A stretch of 61,292 nt of DNA, filler included, from Sphacelaria rigidula (taxonomy: Eukaryota), in assembly GCA_964200075.2 (NCBI GenBank). It is 9 parts of 9 records of this genome, joined end to end, with 100 filler letters (N's around TTAATTAATTAA, not from the genome) between each part and the next. Parts side by side here need not be neighbours in the genome. Positions count along the whole stretch, not along the records: positions 47,751 to 54,471 come from CAXNAA020018424.1; positions 54,572 to 61,292 come from CAXNAA020018425.1; 7 more parts are not named here. One strand, 5' to 3'. The notes beneath the pieces were generated by a model. It ran no database searches. It saw only the letters and a program-made list of their open reading frames with translations, and was not told where the DNA came from. A program made the translations under genes and the position numbers. Of the stretch, positions 48,580 through 61,292 are shown in pieces (position 1 is the stretch's first letter; every line of letters begins with the position of its first letter).

Positions 48580-49546
48580 CTGCGGGCGTTTCACCAAGCA
48601 CCCAACGGTAGCATCCAATAGATATCGTTACGGACCCTTGCTCTGCTGAATGAGGATACGCCGTGCGAGGGTTACTGTACACGTGTGCAACACCAAGATC
48701 ACAAGGAGCGAAGGTATTGGGTGGGGGAGACAGGAGACAGGGCTACTTCCGCCAAATGTATGATGCTCAGCGGTTTGCCGACGAAGGCGGTCCTTTGGAA
48801 TACTCATGCACTATACCACTCAATGTTCTTCTGTGGGTACGTTTTTTTTACGAGAGTAGATGAGATCCCTATCTCCCCTCGGTTGAAATTATGATTATGT
48901 TCGTCACATTAGCTCGATCTCTCGAAGCCGTGGTCACAGATTGAAAAGGGCTTATTTACCCAAATCGTACTATCTTTCATTAGCAACAATTGGACACATC
49001 CTTCGTAACGGGGGCGCTGCGGTAACGGTGGTTTTACAGGACGGCAGAGTAATATATCGTTAACTGTTTATAATTGTCAATCTGCTGCGGTAGCCTGGTT
49101 CTTGCCCTTCGCCTTCGCTGTGCAAGGATTCTGCTTTTTAATTTCGAACTTTAAGGATAAACAACGATCGTAGTCGTACGGTTCATGCGTCTCTCGTACA
49201 AGCTTTTTACCAGGACTTTCATCAAGCCCTTCGCTTCCACAAAGCTGTGATTTGAATTCTGGCTCGCCTCGCTACTCTCGTACACACCCCCAATCCTGCA
49301 AAGGGATATGTCAACCGACCTAATGTTCATAACGCACCTCCCTTTGACATGTCACTTGAGGCGATGAAAAGGACCTGCAATTGTTCTGGCGCCAAAATTC
49401 AGAGACATTTCCGTACTTCGGCGATGCATGATTCCGCAAAAGTGTACACATCGGCATGTGTCGTTGTCCACCACACCAATGAACTCCGGTGTTTAGGGCA
49501 ATGATTCACAGCTGTTCTACCGCGGGATGACCCACTTACAGCATAC

Positions 49547-49696
49547 CTGGAGGACGACCCTTGGCTGCTGATCTTTTACAAGGATAAGCATCCCTTCCAC
49601 CCCTCCCAGTAGCTGTGCGACCCGCATTCGCACAGTGGGGAACCTATCCGCCAGGAAACACAGGTTCTTCAGCAGGGCCAGAGAATCGATGCGGAC
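49547..49696 (-). CDS. Armadillo-repeat protein (ARMC8-like), second visible exon
   Basis: VRIDSLALLKNLCFLAD...LILVKDQQPRVVLQ. AAG| acceptor, CAG|GTATG donor, 150 bp, phase 0. Confidence 0.72.
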
Positions 49697-50129
49697 CTTC
49701 GCATGAAGAGGAGCACATGATCGCAGACGAGAGGATGGGAGCGGGGACAGGGAGTGGAGGGGGGCGCGGTTGCACCCGAGATGCAAAACTTCTCGGCACA
49801 AATACCGCAACACCACTTGGAGCCCGTCACCCGGCTCCTCGCTTCCTTGCGTAGAGTGTTCTTGTGTGCGTTCGTTAGCTTACACTGCAGCTTGTGGAAA
49901 GGCAGGGTATGTATATATTTTGTTCGAATGAAACGAAGTAAGCATATACTTTTCTGTAAAACTAACTAGTAAAACCTGCTTCAAATGCGAGTCGGTTCCG
50001 GTGCGGCAATTTTATTCATTACATACGTGGTACATGTACGTGATCCGCACCGCATAAGCGGACGCCATAACAAACATGTCATACCCGACGACAGCAACCA
50101 AGAGCACACGTTACTGGACGGACGCTCGC

Positions 50130-51389
50130 CTGAACGTCCGCGTCCTCATTCACCGCCGACCCGCAAATCCACTGAAGACACTCCGAGCTCGCGATGGCCT
50201 CCTTGACACCGCCGTGCTCCCGGCAAAGGTTTGCTAGTGCCATGACGACAAGCGACGTGGCCTTCCGGGCCTCTGCATCCTCCTTCTTGCCCTCCTTCTC
50301 GCACAACGACACTAGCTGGCGGATGATACACTGGTGCACCCCGACCCCGACGAGAGCATTACTCCCAACACTCGATCGTGCCACGTTTCTCACCAGCAGG
50401 AGCGCCGCGCAGAGTGTGGCGACGCGGCTTCGGTCACCGCTCCAACCGCCGGCGCCCGCACCATCCCCTCTTTTATCTCGGTCCCCGTCGCTCCCGAACA
50501 AATCCCCCCGCAACCAATAGTGAACCGCCGAGTGAAAGCTTCCAACAACAATCTTGTGGCGAGCTTCCTCGCAAGTAGAACACAGCGCTGCCAACGCGTC
50601 TAGTGCCGCCGCCTCGGCAGAGTGAGTGCCCGCCGCCGTCGGCCCTCGATACCTGGGCGGTGCTGCTGGGTGTCGGTGGACCCCCGTGGCGGCACGTGTA
50701 TCTCCGGTCGTGGAAGGGTGCCAGGAAACGGTCGGGAGCGAAGGTTTTCTTGCCCCAATATCGAGGTCCGCTTGTGCGGCCTGTCGCGCTCTCAAAAGCC
50801 ACGCCACGAGGGCATCCACCACACCCGCCGCCACGGCTTCGCGCTGTCTCTGCTTCGATTCCCTTTCGATCGTCACCTTGATCGCTCTCGCAAGCGCGCC
50901 GGCGTAAGCGCTGGCCGGCCTGGCGTCGACGGTGCTGTGGCTGACGTTGGTGCTGCTGTTGCTGTTACAGGTGGTGTTGAGGTTGTTGTTTGAAAGGTGA
51001 TACTGTCCTTCGTGGCTGTAGTGCGGGCGAGAGTGGGGGTGATATGGTCTCGCCGAGGGAGGGTTGGGGAGCCCGGCTGTAACCGGTATCGCCGCCCAAG
51101 AGAGCAGAGTCCGCACGAACAGAGGCAGCACTCGATGCGCGATCACAGCTTCCAGGGCTTGCGGGATGGTGCTACAGTTGGTGCTGCCCACGCCGCTGCT
51201 GCCATCGATGTCGTTGCATGCCCTCGTGCTGAAGCTGTCGAACGGGCGGGCGGCCCGAGCCGGAGAAGGAGGGGGCGGCGGCGTGAACTGCGAGGTGCTG
51301 CTGCGCGTGCTATCTGGCCGCTCGAAGTTCACGGTTTGCTCTCCAGCTCTAGAGCAGTTCACGAGGATCAAGCCCGCGAGTACTTTTAC
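50130..51389 (-). CDS. Armadillo-repeat protein (ARMC8-like), large exon
   Basis: CACAG| acceptor. ARM-type helices AVAAGVVDALVAWL, AALLLVRNVARS and VVMALANLCREHGGVKEAIASSECLQWIC. 1260 bp if the CAG|GCGAG donor is used. Confidence 0.75.
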
Positions 51390-51937
51390 CTGTGGTAGCA
51401 TGTTGGTTTTCAGACGACAGAGAACCTCTCAGACGGGAAAAATTCCGTCAAGGGCGATGTGACTGACGATGGGGATGTACAACATCCGGTGTACTCGTGG
51501 ACGAATAAGGTCGCTCATTGTACGAACTATGTCCGATAGTCAGTTGCTAGCATGACTAACGCATCTCGTCGATTTCTGCCCAGGTTAAAATAACAATACG
51601 TGTTCAGGCTTGAGGGAGAATTCATGAAACAGAACAGTGGCGTGGGGTAGAATTCTCAAGCTTCTTCCTGGGCGACGAGTACTTATCAAATATTTCGACC
51701 CCGTCGGCAGACGACAGCTGCGCCATTACCATGCCATAGAGTGAGTGATAAGGCTCTCAGAAAATCAGCTCAAATACACTGCCATGCATGCATCAAATTT
51801 CTCCACGTTCCACCGCATAAATCAGACAACAACAGCATAGCCTTGATGATGACGAACGAAGACAATCCAGCGGCTATTCTTCCGACTTTCGGCACGCCAA
51901 ACTCTCATCTGAAGAAATAGATATCTATCCGCGGTAA

Positions 51938-52193
51938 GAGCCATGCTACGATAGCGGGGGGAAGGGGGGAGGGGGGGTTGGGCCGTTTTTTTTTCACGAA
52001 ATTCCGCTTCAATCGCCGTTGAAAGCAGCCAACAGTTGTTCGAACACGCTTGCTCCCGATAAATAACGCTCATGTATACTTTACACCGATTTTACCCGAA
52101 TACAAGCGCGCCGCGAGTATTTTAGGTCGTTTGACGCATCTCGTAGCATATTTTTTCGTGGAATCGAACACCCCCCCTATCGTTGCATGACTG
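51938..52193. mobile_element. MITE, second copy of the 17681-17933 family
   Basis: CATGCTACGATAG...TTTACCCGAATACAAGCGC...CTATCGTTGCATGAC. Confidence 0.72.
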
Positions 52194-52933
52194 TGAAGCA
52201 AGGAACGTCAGGACCCCTGAACCGGAAGGAACTCCGATGCGTGCAGCCTACATAGCTACAGTCAAAATATTTTGTACAGCAGGTGACCCTACATGAAGAG
52301 CAGTCCTACATATGAGAGAGTCTTTTCTCCAGCACATCAAATTTCGGGATGAACTGCGGTGTGTGGCTGCTTAGGGAAAGAACCTATATAAGGCATTTAC
52401 ACATCATGAAAAAAACTAGCGTAAGATATCCATAAAGCGGGGGTCCCACTGTAGTACACGGGCGGATTTGGAATTTGTATAGCAGAAGCTGTTCGAAGTA
52501 AATCCTATTTTTTGCCCAATTTCGAAGCAGAAGCTGTTCGAAATAAATATTTCTACAGATCGTGTAGCAAATAATTTTGAATTTTCAAATTGGGTGAAGC
52601 GCCGATTGAGTTTATTAAAAACCCCGACAATGTAAGACGAGATTTTCAACAGAACGGCTGTGCGGGGCTTTGCCGACGTGCCTACACAGGGTTGCTTACA
52701 GTGTCGAGAAAAACGCTAGACAAAGTGCTGGTATACGTCTGCAAACGATGTACAGGAGTTTCCACAAATACCGTAAAGAACCCTTTCCAGAACGTCCTAC
52801 AAGGTGTTATCTATCTATCCATCTAATGAAGTAGGTGGTGTGTTACGGTGAGAGATCGAGTGTTTGGTGAGTGAAGAGAGACAGACAGACAGAGCGACCA
52901 GAGAGAGAGAGCACCCGTCGAGTCCGCATTTAA

Positions 52934-53276
52934 GCCTTAGGCCGGATGTTATGGCACACAGATTTTTGCGCACGAATTTTTGTTCAGCGGTCATCTAGAA
53001 ACCTCGGAGCCAAACCAAGCGAATCTGAAAAGCAGACTAGGCTCCTCTCTGTAGGGTGATGCAGGGTGTCCAAGACGTGTGTTGGCGATTTTCCTGTTTG
53101 GGGGTCAAAAAGTGGCTCAAATGTCCCGAAAGTGAACAATCCGCGGTTCAAAAATCTGTTTGCCATGACATCCGGCCTTAGACCGCGGTGCGGGTAGTCC
53201 ATCTGGATCACGAATACTTTTTTCAAGTGAATACCGATGCCGATTCAGCACGTGACCTACCCTCGCGGTCAAAGGG
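52934..53276. mobile_element. piggyBac-like composite MITE flanked by TTAA
   Basis: TTAA|GCCTTAGGCCGGATG ... CATCCGGCCTTAGACCGCGG ... CGCGGTCAAAGGG|TTAA. Confidence 0.55.
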
Positions 53277-54584
53277 TTAATCTTTTGATCGCCGGAGATG
53301 TCTATCTGTGAGACCGGCATCTTTTTTCTTGATAGCACACGTAGTCCGCACGGTCCAGCAACGATGCAATGCAGCCAATATACCGCTGGCAGACAGTTGT
53401 TCAGTACATGCATGCATGGACGAACGGCAAAAAAAAAACACTCTCTGGGCAATGACAATAGACTACAATGTCAAACAGTGTACTACAGTACGTACGATAT
53501 GGAATCTGTTGTTTATTGCAAAAGACGCAATAGTCTATGCTGTACGCAGTACACTTCTCGACAACGTAATTTATTTTTGTCGTTCTCCAGGATGTGCCCA
53601 CAAAGACATAGTACCGGGTGCTCCTGATCATGCCCACTTCCCGGCGACATATGGTGCACCGTCCCGTCGAGGAGTCGACATGTGCTGCCGAACGCCCAGT
53701 GATATCGGAACAATCCAGCAAGATGAGACTTATAAGACACGTTCCTTTTCGTCTAGTGCTCTGTATATCTTATCTTGACACTGGTCGCTCTCGCATAGGA
53801 CGCGTTCTTTCTTCGCTGCCCGTCATTTCACTGCCAGCCTCAGAATAGCCCGCCGCAGGTGTACAGCATGACGCACCTCGAGATGTCCGATGTGCAGGAG
53901 AAATATTCCCAAAATATCGGCACAAATGGCTCAGACGGGAGATCGAATGCACTCGAATTTCAAGTGAACGAAAATGATGGCCTATCATGGCTCGAGAGTT
54001 CGTGCAACGCTGCGCTGTGAGGCGTCGAGAGAAAATTCTTCCGGGATCCGATGAAAATTCCAATGTATCAAAATGTGATATTATGAGTCTTGGCATTCGT
54101 GTAAACTATGTGGGACCATCTGCAGTAATTTTCGCATAGCATGTGCATTAAACTCTCCTCCGCTCCACTGCATGAATTATGGCATTGTTCTGCCATCCTG
54201 CGGAGATACAAATCTCCGCACGGTAACGGTACACAAGAAAATACGAGCCTCCGGAGCGGACGGGACTCAAATACGTGCAAGCCACACATTCGCAGCTGGT
54301 AATTTTCGTATCATTATAGAATATTGACAACACCGAGCATCTTCGAGGTTGCAGCGACATTGATCACAACTGCCCCCTCCCCCCTCCCCCCCCCCCCCCC
54401 CCCCCCTTTCCCGGCCCTCCCCCAAGGGTGGTGCAACAACGGCGGTCTTTTTTTAGTGTTTTCCGGCTTTCNNNNNNNNNNNNNNNNNNNNNNNNNNNNN
54501 NNNNNNNNNNNNNNNTTAATTAATTAANNNNNNNNNNNNNNNNNNNNNNNNNNNNNNNNNNNNNNNNNNNNCAATTATTATAAT

Positions 54585-55028
54585 TGTGATTTGAAACTCG
54601 GCATGGAGAACGACAGAGGTATGCCGAGTAAAAAAAAATGAAGGCCTTTTTTTTTTCATGAGAGGTTCGGGCGGTCTCGTAAAAAAAACATCGTTAACAT
54701 ACCAAAACGCCCTCAATCAGTGATAAAAAATAAGAAAACCCAACCTCACTCATTTTTCTTGGTTCATCACGACCTAGCAAAGTCCCGCACAGAGTTTCAA
54801 CCCACAAACAACAAACGTGGGCCGATGAACGGCCTTCAAAATACTGTTGCGAATTTCCGCCGCCTCGGTTTTCCAAAGGTGAAATCGCATTTTTTTTCTT
54901 GGAGTTGGAAAGTGAAATTTGGTATGGACGGACAATCCCATACCAAATTTCACTTTCTAACTCCAAGAAAAAAATTGCGAATTCGCCTGCGAAGTACAAA
55001 ATCCGCTTGTAGGCTGGCCCAGCCTGTA
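54585..55028. mobile_element. Partial copy of the 27903-29112 element family with hairpin at about 54885-54982
   Basis: Terminus TAGGCTGGCCCAGCCTGTA and internal inverted repeat TTCTTGGAGTTGGAAAGTGAAATTTGGTATGG / CCATACCAAATTTCACTTTCTAACTCCAAGAA. Confidence 0.65.
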
Positions 55029-56436
55029 CGTACAAAGTATTTGTTTACGTGGTTCACAGCGGCCCCGCCTAACGAGGCACTTCCAGAGTGATCCTACGAT
55101 AACCCGTAGAGGGCTGGGGGTAACTGATTCTGCGAAAATACGGGATCATGGGTGTGCCAGATGATCCAACACACTCGCGCTGCGCTTGTATTTGGGTGAA
55201 AACTTGGCATGAGTGAGTTATAATTTATTGGCACCAAGTCCGTTCAAACAGCCGTTGCTTCTTTTAACGAGATATGAAGCGGAAGTTCGTGGTAGAAATG
55301 GCCCAAATCACCCTCCCGCCGCCTTCCCTATCGTAGGATGACGACTGCTTGGCTGTAATGTCAGTGCGAGATATACTGTGGCATGCCCAATAATGGGTCT
55401 ATTCTGGATAGCGCCCTACATTTGATGAGCCGTATACGTTCGACCAGCATACGATACGAACGTTTCTTTTTTACTGCTACCTGTACTGTTTTATACAGCT
55501 GAATTGGGCATTTTCAACTCGACAGAGTGCGCTTCTTATGCCTTCATGATGACCATCGTGGAGATCGCACTGACTGTGCAATTCTAGTGCCACGCGATAA
55601 CGATGCACTCGTACGAGCTGGACCAGCCTCGAAAATAATCTGCAGTTTGTGGGCAATTTAGGAGCCCATTTTTGAGAGTTGTGCTTCGGAAGTTGAGTTG
55701 GATGGAAAACCGTGAGGGCAAAATAGAAAAGTCACAACAAGAGAGATACCCTGTGGGGCTTTTCTATATTTTTTGTTAGCTAGAGCAAAAAACAATGTTC
55801 ATACGTATTTATGTCACAAAAACATCCTCGACTCATGAACAATAATCATCAGACCATCTGTTGGCGTAAGGCCGCTTCTCATAGTCAGAAAGTGGACCTT
55901 CAGAGAGCTATCCTTCTGGAGCCTTTCATCGCGAATCTTGGGCGGAATCCGGTCCTGGACGGATTGGGCCTCTTCTGAAAGATTAGCTATGCTTTCCAAG
56001 AGGATTCTAGCGCACTTTTCCGATCTTCCGTGCGCCCAGTTTTACTTTTTGCGGGATTTCCGATTTTTTCAGTCGCCCCCAAAATCTTGGAGTTGTCGGG
56101 GGGAAGTACCGCGAGTGAGTCGTATTGCTGACAAGCGCGATCAAACAAAGGTTGCTGCCTCCACCGACGACTTGGAGTGACATTTTCGTGGAAGAAATGG
56201 CCCAAAATACCCCCCCACCCCTCCAAACTACCCCCCATCCCTTCCTATTGTAGCATCACTCTAATTCCTAACCTTTTTTTGCGTTTTGCATGCATGCCTC
56301 TGGAGCGTACGCGTCTAGTGGACTTCGCCAGCAAGTATGACAAGTGGGTTGAGCTGCCTCCTGTGGGATCATACATGACGGCTGTGAAAACCAAACGAAG
56401 CACGCGTCTGACAACTCGTGAGTTGCCCGAAATATC

Positions 56437-56645
56437 CAGGGTCTACACGTCACATGTTCACGTTACGTTTTGTTCGGCACGTGAAAAAAATGAACGTTAC
56501 GGTCAAGTTTCATTTGAAAATTCAACGTTACGTTCACGTTACATTCATCACGTAAAAAAATGTTGACGTTGACGTTACGTTTCGGCCAAAACGTAACGTC
56601 AACGTAACGTGTAACGTTATGGCACGTGTGACGTGTAGACCCCTG
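56437..56645. mobile_element. hAT-type MITE with ACGT-rich interior
   Basis: TIR CAGGGTCTACACGTCAC / GTGACGTGTAGACCCCTG. Imperfect 8-bp TSD GAAATATC / GAAGTAAC. Confidence 0.75.
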
Positions 56646-56951
56646 GAAGTAACTAATCGAAGCGGACTCTCAGGTTCCTTGTCGAAGAAAACAAAGTACG
56701 TGACAGCGGGGTCTGAGAAGCCAATGCGCTACCTTTGCATAATCGTACTCCGCGTCCTCGGCGTCCAGCGCTGTAGGGAGCAAAACACGGGGGAAAAGGG
56801 ACCGAATGAGGTAGCTCATGATCCGGATCAGTACACTAATGAGAAGCAATATTTGGGTGGCGCATGACCTGTGCGACTTGTGAAAACGAACCCGGCGTCG
56901 GGCGCGTGGTTTACGGAGTACGTTCACCGTGTCGGAGTTGCCCAAATTTTC

Positions 56952-58461
56952 TAGGAATATACACGCTACACGTGCCATCGCGTCACACGTTACGTTCACG
57001 TTACCTTTTGGCCGACACGTCATGTGAACGTGAAATTTCCGACGTGATGAACGTAACGTGAACGTATCGATTTTGAAATGAAAAGTTAACGTAGCGTTAA
57101 TTTCAACGTGACACGAGTAACGTAACGTGAAAGGATCCAGGGGGGGGGAACGGCAGGTCCACAATAAGGGGGGTGCCGTAGCAGCCTCCAGCCGATCTCG
57201 GCCGTTGCTTGCAGCTGCAGCATCTGATGCGGGACTCGTCTGCCCCGTGGCCGATTACTTGTAGTGTGCAGTTAACATGCATGTAGTGGGTGGGGATGAA
57301 GAAGCGGTATATAGGCAGTTGATCTCGGTTGCTGAGAATTGCCCAGGGCGTGCGAGGGAGTATTCAGCGACAGCTGCTACTGTAGTCGGGGAGGCGTACT
57401 GCACTGTACTGTACTATACTGTATGTATGCACGCCGCAATGCTGATACCCTTCGGAGAGAATTCGCCGCATGCAACAAAGGGGGAAATGGCGGCCCACCC
57501 CGACCACAAAGGGCTGTGTGGCAAGGTGATGGGGACAATAATATCCAAAGCCACACGTGGCGGGCGGCCCGCCGGTCGCCGCATCCTGTTGGAGCCTCTC
57601 TACCGCGACCCATACTGCTTGCTAAATCAGATGCACATTACCTAATGCGCACCCTGCACCTAAAAATAGATTGGATGGAACTTTTGTTCTTCCTCATAAC
57701 CCTGCGGTTACACATGCGGATTTTCGGCAACATGCCACTGTTTCGTGCAGACGCCAGACATGTCATTCCTAACCAGCCTCATTGGTCGTTCTTGAGGCCT
57801 GGTCCCAAAAGGGTTAATACATGTATACATATATAGAAACAAGGGTACCCGATATAGTTCTGTCTGCGAAATATCAGGACGACGCAAGCCGGCGCTCAAT
57901 CATGTTCACGAACTGCTGTGTGTACAGTATGTGCTGTCGTGCGAGTGACTGAGCACTCGAAAATTGAAAATTGAAGGTTGGCAACAAAAAGATAAAGCGA
58001 ATAAAGGATATATACAAGTAATACGATCAAAAACGAATGAACGATAAATGATAGAAGAAGCAATGTTACACAACCAGATAATGCGCCTACGCTCAAACAT
58101 ACGACGGACCACCGTCAGCGTCACGTACACGATGAAGTCACGCGTTACACGACACGTTACAACTCCTTGGACATTGGTATATGAGCCGCGACATGCACAG
58201 AATGAAGCGTTACACTGGAACGTTACACGTGTCAGCGTAACGTTATACTAGACGTTACACATTACGTGAAACATTTCATCGGAACATTACACGTGTCAAC
58301 GTCACGTAACGTTAATTTTATTTTACGCGATGAATGTAACGTGAACGTAACGTCGAATTTTAACGTGAAGCATTGACGTAACGTTATATTTTTTCAATGT
58401 GATGAACGTGCACGTGTAACGTGTAACGTGTAACGTGTAACGTGTAACGTGTATATCCCTG
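56952..58461. mobile_element. Non-autonomous hAT element (1.51 kb)
   Basis: TIR TAGGAATATACACG / CGTGTATATCCCTG. Perfect 8-bp TSD AAATTTTC at 56944-56951 and 58462-58469. Subterminal ACGTTAC/GTAACGT arrays at both ends. Confidence 0.88.
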
Positions 58462-58574
58462 AAATTTTCCAATTTGCGTGTAAGAAGTAGCTTCCATACG
58501 TCAACGTTAAGACGTACGTTTCCTCTGCCGAACTGTGCCTACCCCATGTGGTGGTTGCTCTTCATTTCGACCAG

Positions 58575-58666
58575 GTTCGGGTTCGACCTGATATATGGCG
58601 GAGACTCCGAGCAAGTGGCGCTATGGACGGACGTGGGTGTTCCAGCTCTGGAGAAGGCGTTCGGAG
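58575..58666 (+). CDS. Kinesin motor-domain exon
   Basis: FGFDLIYGGDSEQVALWTDVGVPALEKAFG(G) matches the kinesin segment FxFD...Q...GYN just before the P-loop. CCAG| acceptor and GAG|GTGAG donor. Neighbouring exons not found. Confidence 0.65.
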
Positions 58667-61144
58667 GTGAGAAAGTTGGATTTGCTTTCACTTCTGAGAA
58701 TTTCGCGAATCCCGTAGCAATGTTCGTACACTGGTTGCATGCATCTGTAATACTGCAGGGTGATTTGCATTGGGAGTTATCCTACAGTGGAGCTGTGTGT
58801 CTGCGTGTGATTGCATGGAAAACGGAAGCTTATGGACACGGGTTCGAGCGATCGGGCTGATGTGACGAAAATAGTACTAATCATGACAATAATATAATGC
58901 AAATACTCAGAGAATGTATCAATGATAGTACACATGGATAGTAACGATAATGATAATACCACTAGTGCTAATGATGATAATAATGATGATGATATTGACA
59001 AAAAAACACGGGATTTTACAAATTGGGGATGGATACGAAGCTGTTTAAATGCCTGCGTCATGTTGATACCAAGCATGTTCAAGTGAAATTATATGTTGCC
59101 TGCATCAACGCTTCAAAATATATCCTTCGCGCGAGCATGGACTTTAACCCCCACCCCCCCGCCTCTATTAGCCTGACCCGGCGAAAATCCGGCGTGCAAA
59201 GTCCCGGCTTTGCAGGGACGGGCCCCCTATGGGGTTGGCCACGGTTGGCAATGACTCTGTAAGACACCCCACTCACTGCGTAAGCTAGACAACCAAGTTA
59301 CCGTCCTTTTTTGCGTGCTTGCGTTTTTGTTTTGCGGTAACCGTGATGCTGGTCGAGCTAGATCATGTTGTGTGGGATGGGAGAATCTCGATTCTGCGCA
59401 AAAGGGTTGATCATACTACCTCGTGGTGATAATGGTGAGGCACCCATGAGGCAGCGTATAAGACGTGGCTGTCTCTGGGAGGTGGCGATACCTGAAAATG
59501 AAGCAACTCATTGGAGGCTGTTATCCAAATGCAAGATAATCAGCATGCTTCGGGCCAAGCAATCTTGTCAGGATGGAGCTCATCCTTCATGCGACTCGCC
59601 GAACACATCACGGTGCTTCCCGCTTGGTGATTGATTGCGAGCCTGGGTCGGCGAAAACCTGGCGTGCTCCGTCCTAGCTTTGTAGGGATGCGAGGTCAAT
59701 GGCCATATGACTGCGGCATGCAAGATCATGAGTACGCCCCCTACTCCCCTACCCTTCCCGCCCAATCGTAGAATTACTCGTGACGAGCCGAAAACAACCC
59801 GACATGGTCGAGCAGCTCGTCCATAGTGCTGTATGAACCAGACTTGGAGCCTTGCTGCACTATACTTGATGCACATGACCCACGTCTATGATATGCTTAA
59901 GGTCATTGTTACCGAGACTTTTGTTCAGATTTTCCCGTATTTTTGGAAAAACGTTCCAACTTCTTGAGAAAAATTATCCTGAAAAAAAAGAATCCAACAC
60001 TAATTTTTCCGAGTAGTATGTAGTTTTTGTTAGCCTGAATCATTCTTCGATTCCTTGATCTGGTTGAAAAGTGTACTGTTACATTCTTCGGGGAGGAAGG
60101 TTTACTTTCCCCCCCCCAAAGTCGGAAAATTCTGAAGAAACACAGCTCTGTTTATAACGATCCTTAGAGGTATACACGCAGTCCTTACTCACGCAGTATG
60201 CCACGACACCTGGGCGGCGAGGTGCCTTTTCTGCAGAGAACAAACATCACCGACGTGCATTTTTGTACTGAGGGCGTGTCTTAGCTCATTAGTTTTCGAT
60301 CGAAATTGTGCGGTGAAAAGCGAACAAAATATCGATCTGATAGGTCGTACTTTCAACCATCGTCGTTTTTTTTTAAGATGGCTGAATCATGACCCATCAG
60401 ATCGGGATTTCTGCTTTCGACCGCACTTTTTCGATCGAAGGATAATGTACCAAGACACGGTCTGAGCAAGCCCGGCAGGCCAGTAGTCGACGAGCCGGAT
60501 TTTTCGGAAATGGATATAGACTCGATAGCAAAAAGAGGAGACGGAACATGCCCATTCGACAAGTTTTATCCTGATGTTTGAGCCTGCATTTGAGGAACAA
60601 AACTACGGATACCCGCTTTCAATAACAACTATCTGACCAGTAATCCCCATCGCAGACGCCTGACCCCGGAGGTATTGGAGAGGGGCTTCCGAGCTTCTGG
60701 TTTTAGGGAGAAGTCGCTTCCAAGCTTTGCTGGAGATGATCGGATGGCGTTTGAGTGCTCTTGATACCCGCAGAGTCGGCCTTTGCCCGGTGCTAGAAAA
60801 ATGATATGCAAATTGTATCAGTGTTTTTTTCCCTCCATCCAAAACCTTTGGCTTGAAAACACAATGCATTTCCTCAGCTAGCTTCCTCTTGAGGAGAGTG
60901 CCGCAGAAGCCGTACATGAAATTTCTCTTCGAAATGTGTCCCCCCCCCCCCCCCCCTCCTTCCGCAAAAGACGACACAAGATATGTGTATAGTACGAGAA
61001 AGTAACGGTTCTCAAAGACTCCTCGAAGAAAGTGAAAACCTACCCACGGATCACACCAATGCGCTTCCCTGGCAACCCCTTCACCCACAAAAAGGTCTGC
61101 AAGCTGTGCTGGTTGTTGTATATCATCCCCCCCCCTCCCTCCCC

Positions 61145-61292
61145 CTGGTCAATGGTCAAACGACTAAGGCAAGCAACAAATGAGTACGCCCCCCCCACCG
61201 CCCGCCCTCCTCGGTGCTCCGTCTCGAAAGGGATGCGTGGTCAATGGTCAAACGACTAAGGTAAGCAACGAATAAGTACGCCCCCGAAACCA
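61145..61292 (+). mobile_element. LINE 3'-tail fragments (same family as 13065-13544)
   Basis: GGTGCTCCGTCTCGAAAGGGATGCGTGGTCAATGGTCAAACGACTAAGG, with the tail repeated twice. Confidence 0.65.

Noticed and set aside
47703..48621. Poly-Thr and poly-Val ORFs
   Set aside because: Alternate-frame readings of the trinucleotide microsatellite. Splice phase supports only the Asn-rich frame.

Overview
Repeat-rich eukaryotic DNA, most likely a brown alga (Phaeophyceae), inferred from an EsV-1-7 repeat gene, the intron-exon style and the repeat content. The window is not contiguous: it is nine contigs of 6721-6722 bp joined by artificial N-TTAATTAATTAA-N spacers, so nothing can be inferred from adjacency across gaps. 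The main discovery is in contig 4 (about 20.6-27.1 kb, minus strand), a decayed Ty3/Gypsy LTR retrotransposon with an unusual domain order: CCCH-type gag, in-frame UGA plus hairpin, protease, RT, RNase H, an apparently complete but catalytically degenerate C5 DNA-cytosine-methyltransferase-like domain, integrase, chromo-like domain and Tudor-like domain. Host coding sequence comprises an EsV-1-7 repeat protein, two ABCC-transporter exons, three ARMC8-like armadillo exons and one kinesin-motor exon. The rest is tRNA-derived SINEs, LINE 3' fragments, hAT-, mariner- and piggyBac-like MITEs and tandem repeats. All protein calls come from motif recognition by eye, not database searches.
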